Assembly (NCBI GenBank): GCA_964552235.1
Contig: CAZKGO010000016.1
Coordinates: 1,048 to 65,047 of the forward strand
Source of the DNA: an uncultured Spirochaetales bacterium
GTDB lineage: Bacteria > Spirochaetota > Spirochaetia > SZUA-6 > CAVTHK01
Reading direction: 5' to 3'
Length of the DNA: 64,000 nt
Of the stretch, positions 62,989 through 64,000 are shown one piece after another. The translations under genes were made by a program, and so were the position numbers. The notes under the pieces are model-generated. The model was not told where the DNA came from, did no database searches, and saw only the letters and a program-made list of their open reading frames with translations. Every line of letters starts with the position of its first letter. Position 1 is the stretch's first letter.

Positions 62989-64000
62989 TCAGCCCGACAG
63001 CCCGAGCTTGGCGTCGATCTTTGCCTTGGTCACGGCCAGAACCTCGCCTGTCTCCACGCGCACGAGCTTGAGGAACAGCTCGAAGCTGTCGGCCTTGCGG
63101 TAGAGCGTGCCCGAGAGCAGCACCTCCGCTCCAAGAAGCCTGCCGACGCGGGCCGCGTTGGCCTCGTCGGCGAGGCCGGCCAGCTGCAGCTCGAGCTCGG
63201 CGAGGATCCGCTGCAAGTCCTTGCGCTCGACCATGGTGAAGGTCCTGCTGCGCGAAAGGGCCTGGACGAGCCAGTCCGAGAAGTACTCGGCGTCGAGCTT
63301 GAGCCCCTCGGGCGTCGGCACGAGGGGCAGCGTGGCGGCCCGCGTGCCCGTCGGGATGCGGGCCGCGGAAAAGTCGACGAGCTGGCCGAGAGCGCTCTCG
63401 AAGAGCTTGCCGAGGGTGTCGCCCTTGCTCTCGTCGGCGACGCGGGCGGCCTCGAAAAAGTCCTCTCCCTCCTCCAGCGGCTGATCGGTCAGGTAGGCGA
63501 GCTCCTCCTTGGCGAACCGTATGATGATCGTCTCCAGCTTGTCGGTCTGGAAGTTGGCGCCGGTGTGGTGGCTCACGCTGCCCGGCGCGCCGCCTTCGCT
63601 TTCATCCCTCTCCCCGTAGGTGAGAAAGATGTACTTGCCGCAGGTGTACTGCGCGATCTGGCGCAGGAGCACCTCGCCCTCGAGCGGAAGCCCGCCCGTG
63701 CCCACGCTGAAGAACTTGACGCCGAGCCGCCGCGCGTCGTGGACCGCGTCGACGTAGGTGTAGGCCGGCCTGTACTCGTCGAGGTGCGCGGGCGCGTCGG
63801 TGATCACGAAGGCGAGGCGGATGCCGTCGCGGTTCCACTGGACGCCTTTCACCGCCTGCTCGAGGGCAGCCTCCAGGTCCTCGGGGGTGTCGCCTCCGCC
63901 GTTGGCGTTGACGCGGGCGAGGGCCGCCTGGAACTGCGTGAGGTTCTCCGTAAAGGGCACGACGCGCGTGCGGTACTCGTCGTCGCGCCGGTCCTTGTAC
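62989..64000 (-). CDS. VWA-domain protein with a C-terminal LpoB/FlgO-like domain; 5' end outside the window
   Basis: The ORF stays open to the window edge (..YKDRRDDEYRTRVVPFTENL..). NANGGGDTPEDLEAAL...FVITDAPAH is the VWA/MIDAS-distal region. The C-terminus FTMVERKDLQRILAELELQ...LLSGTL resembles periplasmic LpoB/FlgO-type domains. Confidence 0.65.
   Translation of the reverse strand, partial: YKDRRDDEYRTRVVPFTENLTQFQAALARVNANGGGDTPEDLEAALEQAVKGVQWNRDGIRLAFVITDAPAHLDEYRPAYTYVDAVHDARRLGVKFFSVGTGGLPLEGEVLLRQIAQYTCGKYIFLTYGERDESEGGAPGSVSHHTGANFQTDKLETIIIRFAKEELAYLTDQPLEEGEDFFEAARVADESKGDTLGKLFESALGQLVDFSAARIPTGTRAATLPLVPTPEGLKLDAEYFSDWLVQALSRSRTFTMVERKDLQRILAELELQLAGLADEANAARVGRLLGAEVLLSGTLYRKADSFELFLKLVRVETGEVLAVTKAKIDAKLGLSG

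Overview
This is a dense bacterial chromosomal window of about 60 genes, roughly two-thirds G+C by eye. Most genes lie on the minus strand in translationally coupled operons with many ATGA/GTGA 4-nt overlaps. No homology search was possible. All product names come from motifs and from co-linearity with families I recognise from memory.

The supplied ORF track contains many GC-driven antisense shadow ORFs and N-terminal over-extensions. I re-derived starts from RBS, overlap and motif context.

Gene content, in order:
- GH4 MelA-like glycosidase (runs off the left edge), a cation/proton antiporter, enolase, a Cys-rich DUF6062-like protein.
- An isoleucine/BCAA operon, cimA-ilvB-ilvN-leuC-leuD followed by a dual-specificity phosphatase, preceded by a promoter, an Ile-rich leader peptide and an attenuator.
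- A decayed DDE transposase remnant.
- A TetR-controlled FtsX/ABC/LolA-like/outer-membrane barrel export operon.
- A BON protein, an enolase-superfamily enzyme, an MBL hydrolase, add and purN.
- A heterodimeric ABC exporter, DUF554 and galM.
- A TatT-type (TPR-protein-associated) TRAP transporter.
- A divergent locus. One arm is B12-radical-SAM, enolase-superfamily, Cys-rich-sensor HD-GYP and LpxL-like acyltransferase. The other arm is a PAS/GAF diguanylate cyclase coupled to an 884-aa orphan protein ending in a degenerate GGDEF-like domain.
- mutY, a sulfatase, an orphan gene coupled to aroC-aroK, and a GldA/F/G-type ABC system with DUF4340.
- A surface-protein cluster (delta-60-repeat lipoprotein, transglutaminase-like/TPR protein, VWA protein) carrying frameshifts and in-frame TAG codons, and interrupted by a four-gene RHH-MNT/HEPN/small ORF/second-NTase module.

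I saw no rRNA, tRNA or CRISPR array.

Best leads: the leader-peptide attenuator on a citramalate-pathway operon; the divergent c-di-GMP/radical-SAM locus with the orphan degenerate-GGDEF protein; the four-gene NTase/HEPN module; and the pattern of three in-frame TAGs plus three homopolymer frameshifts. Lineage cannot be established here. The Leptospira-like CimA and the TatT-TRAP system hint at Spirochaetota, but this is not established.
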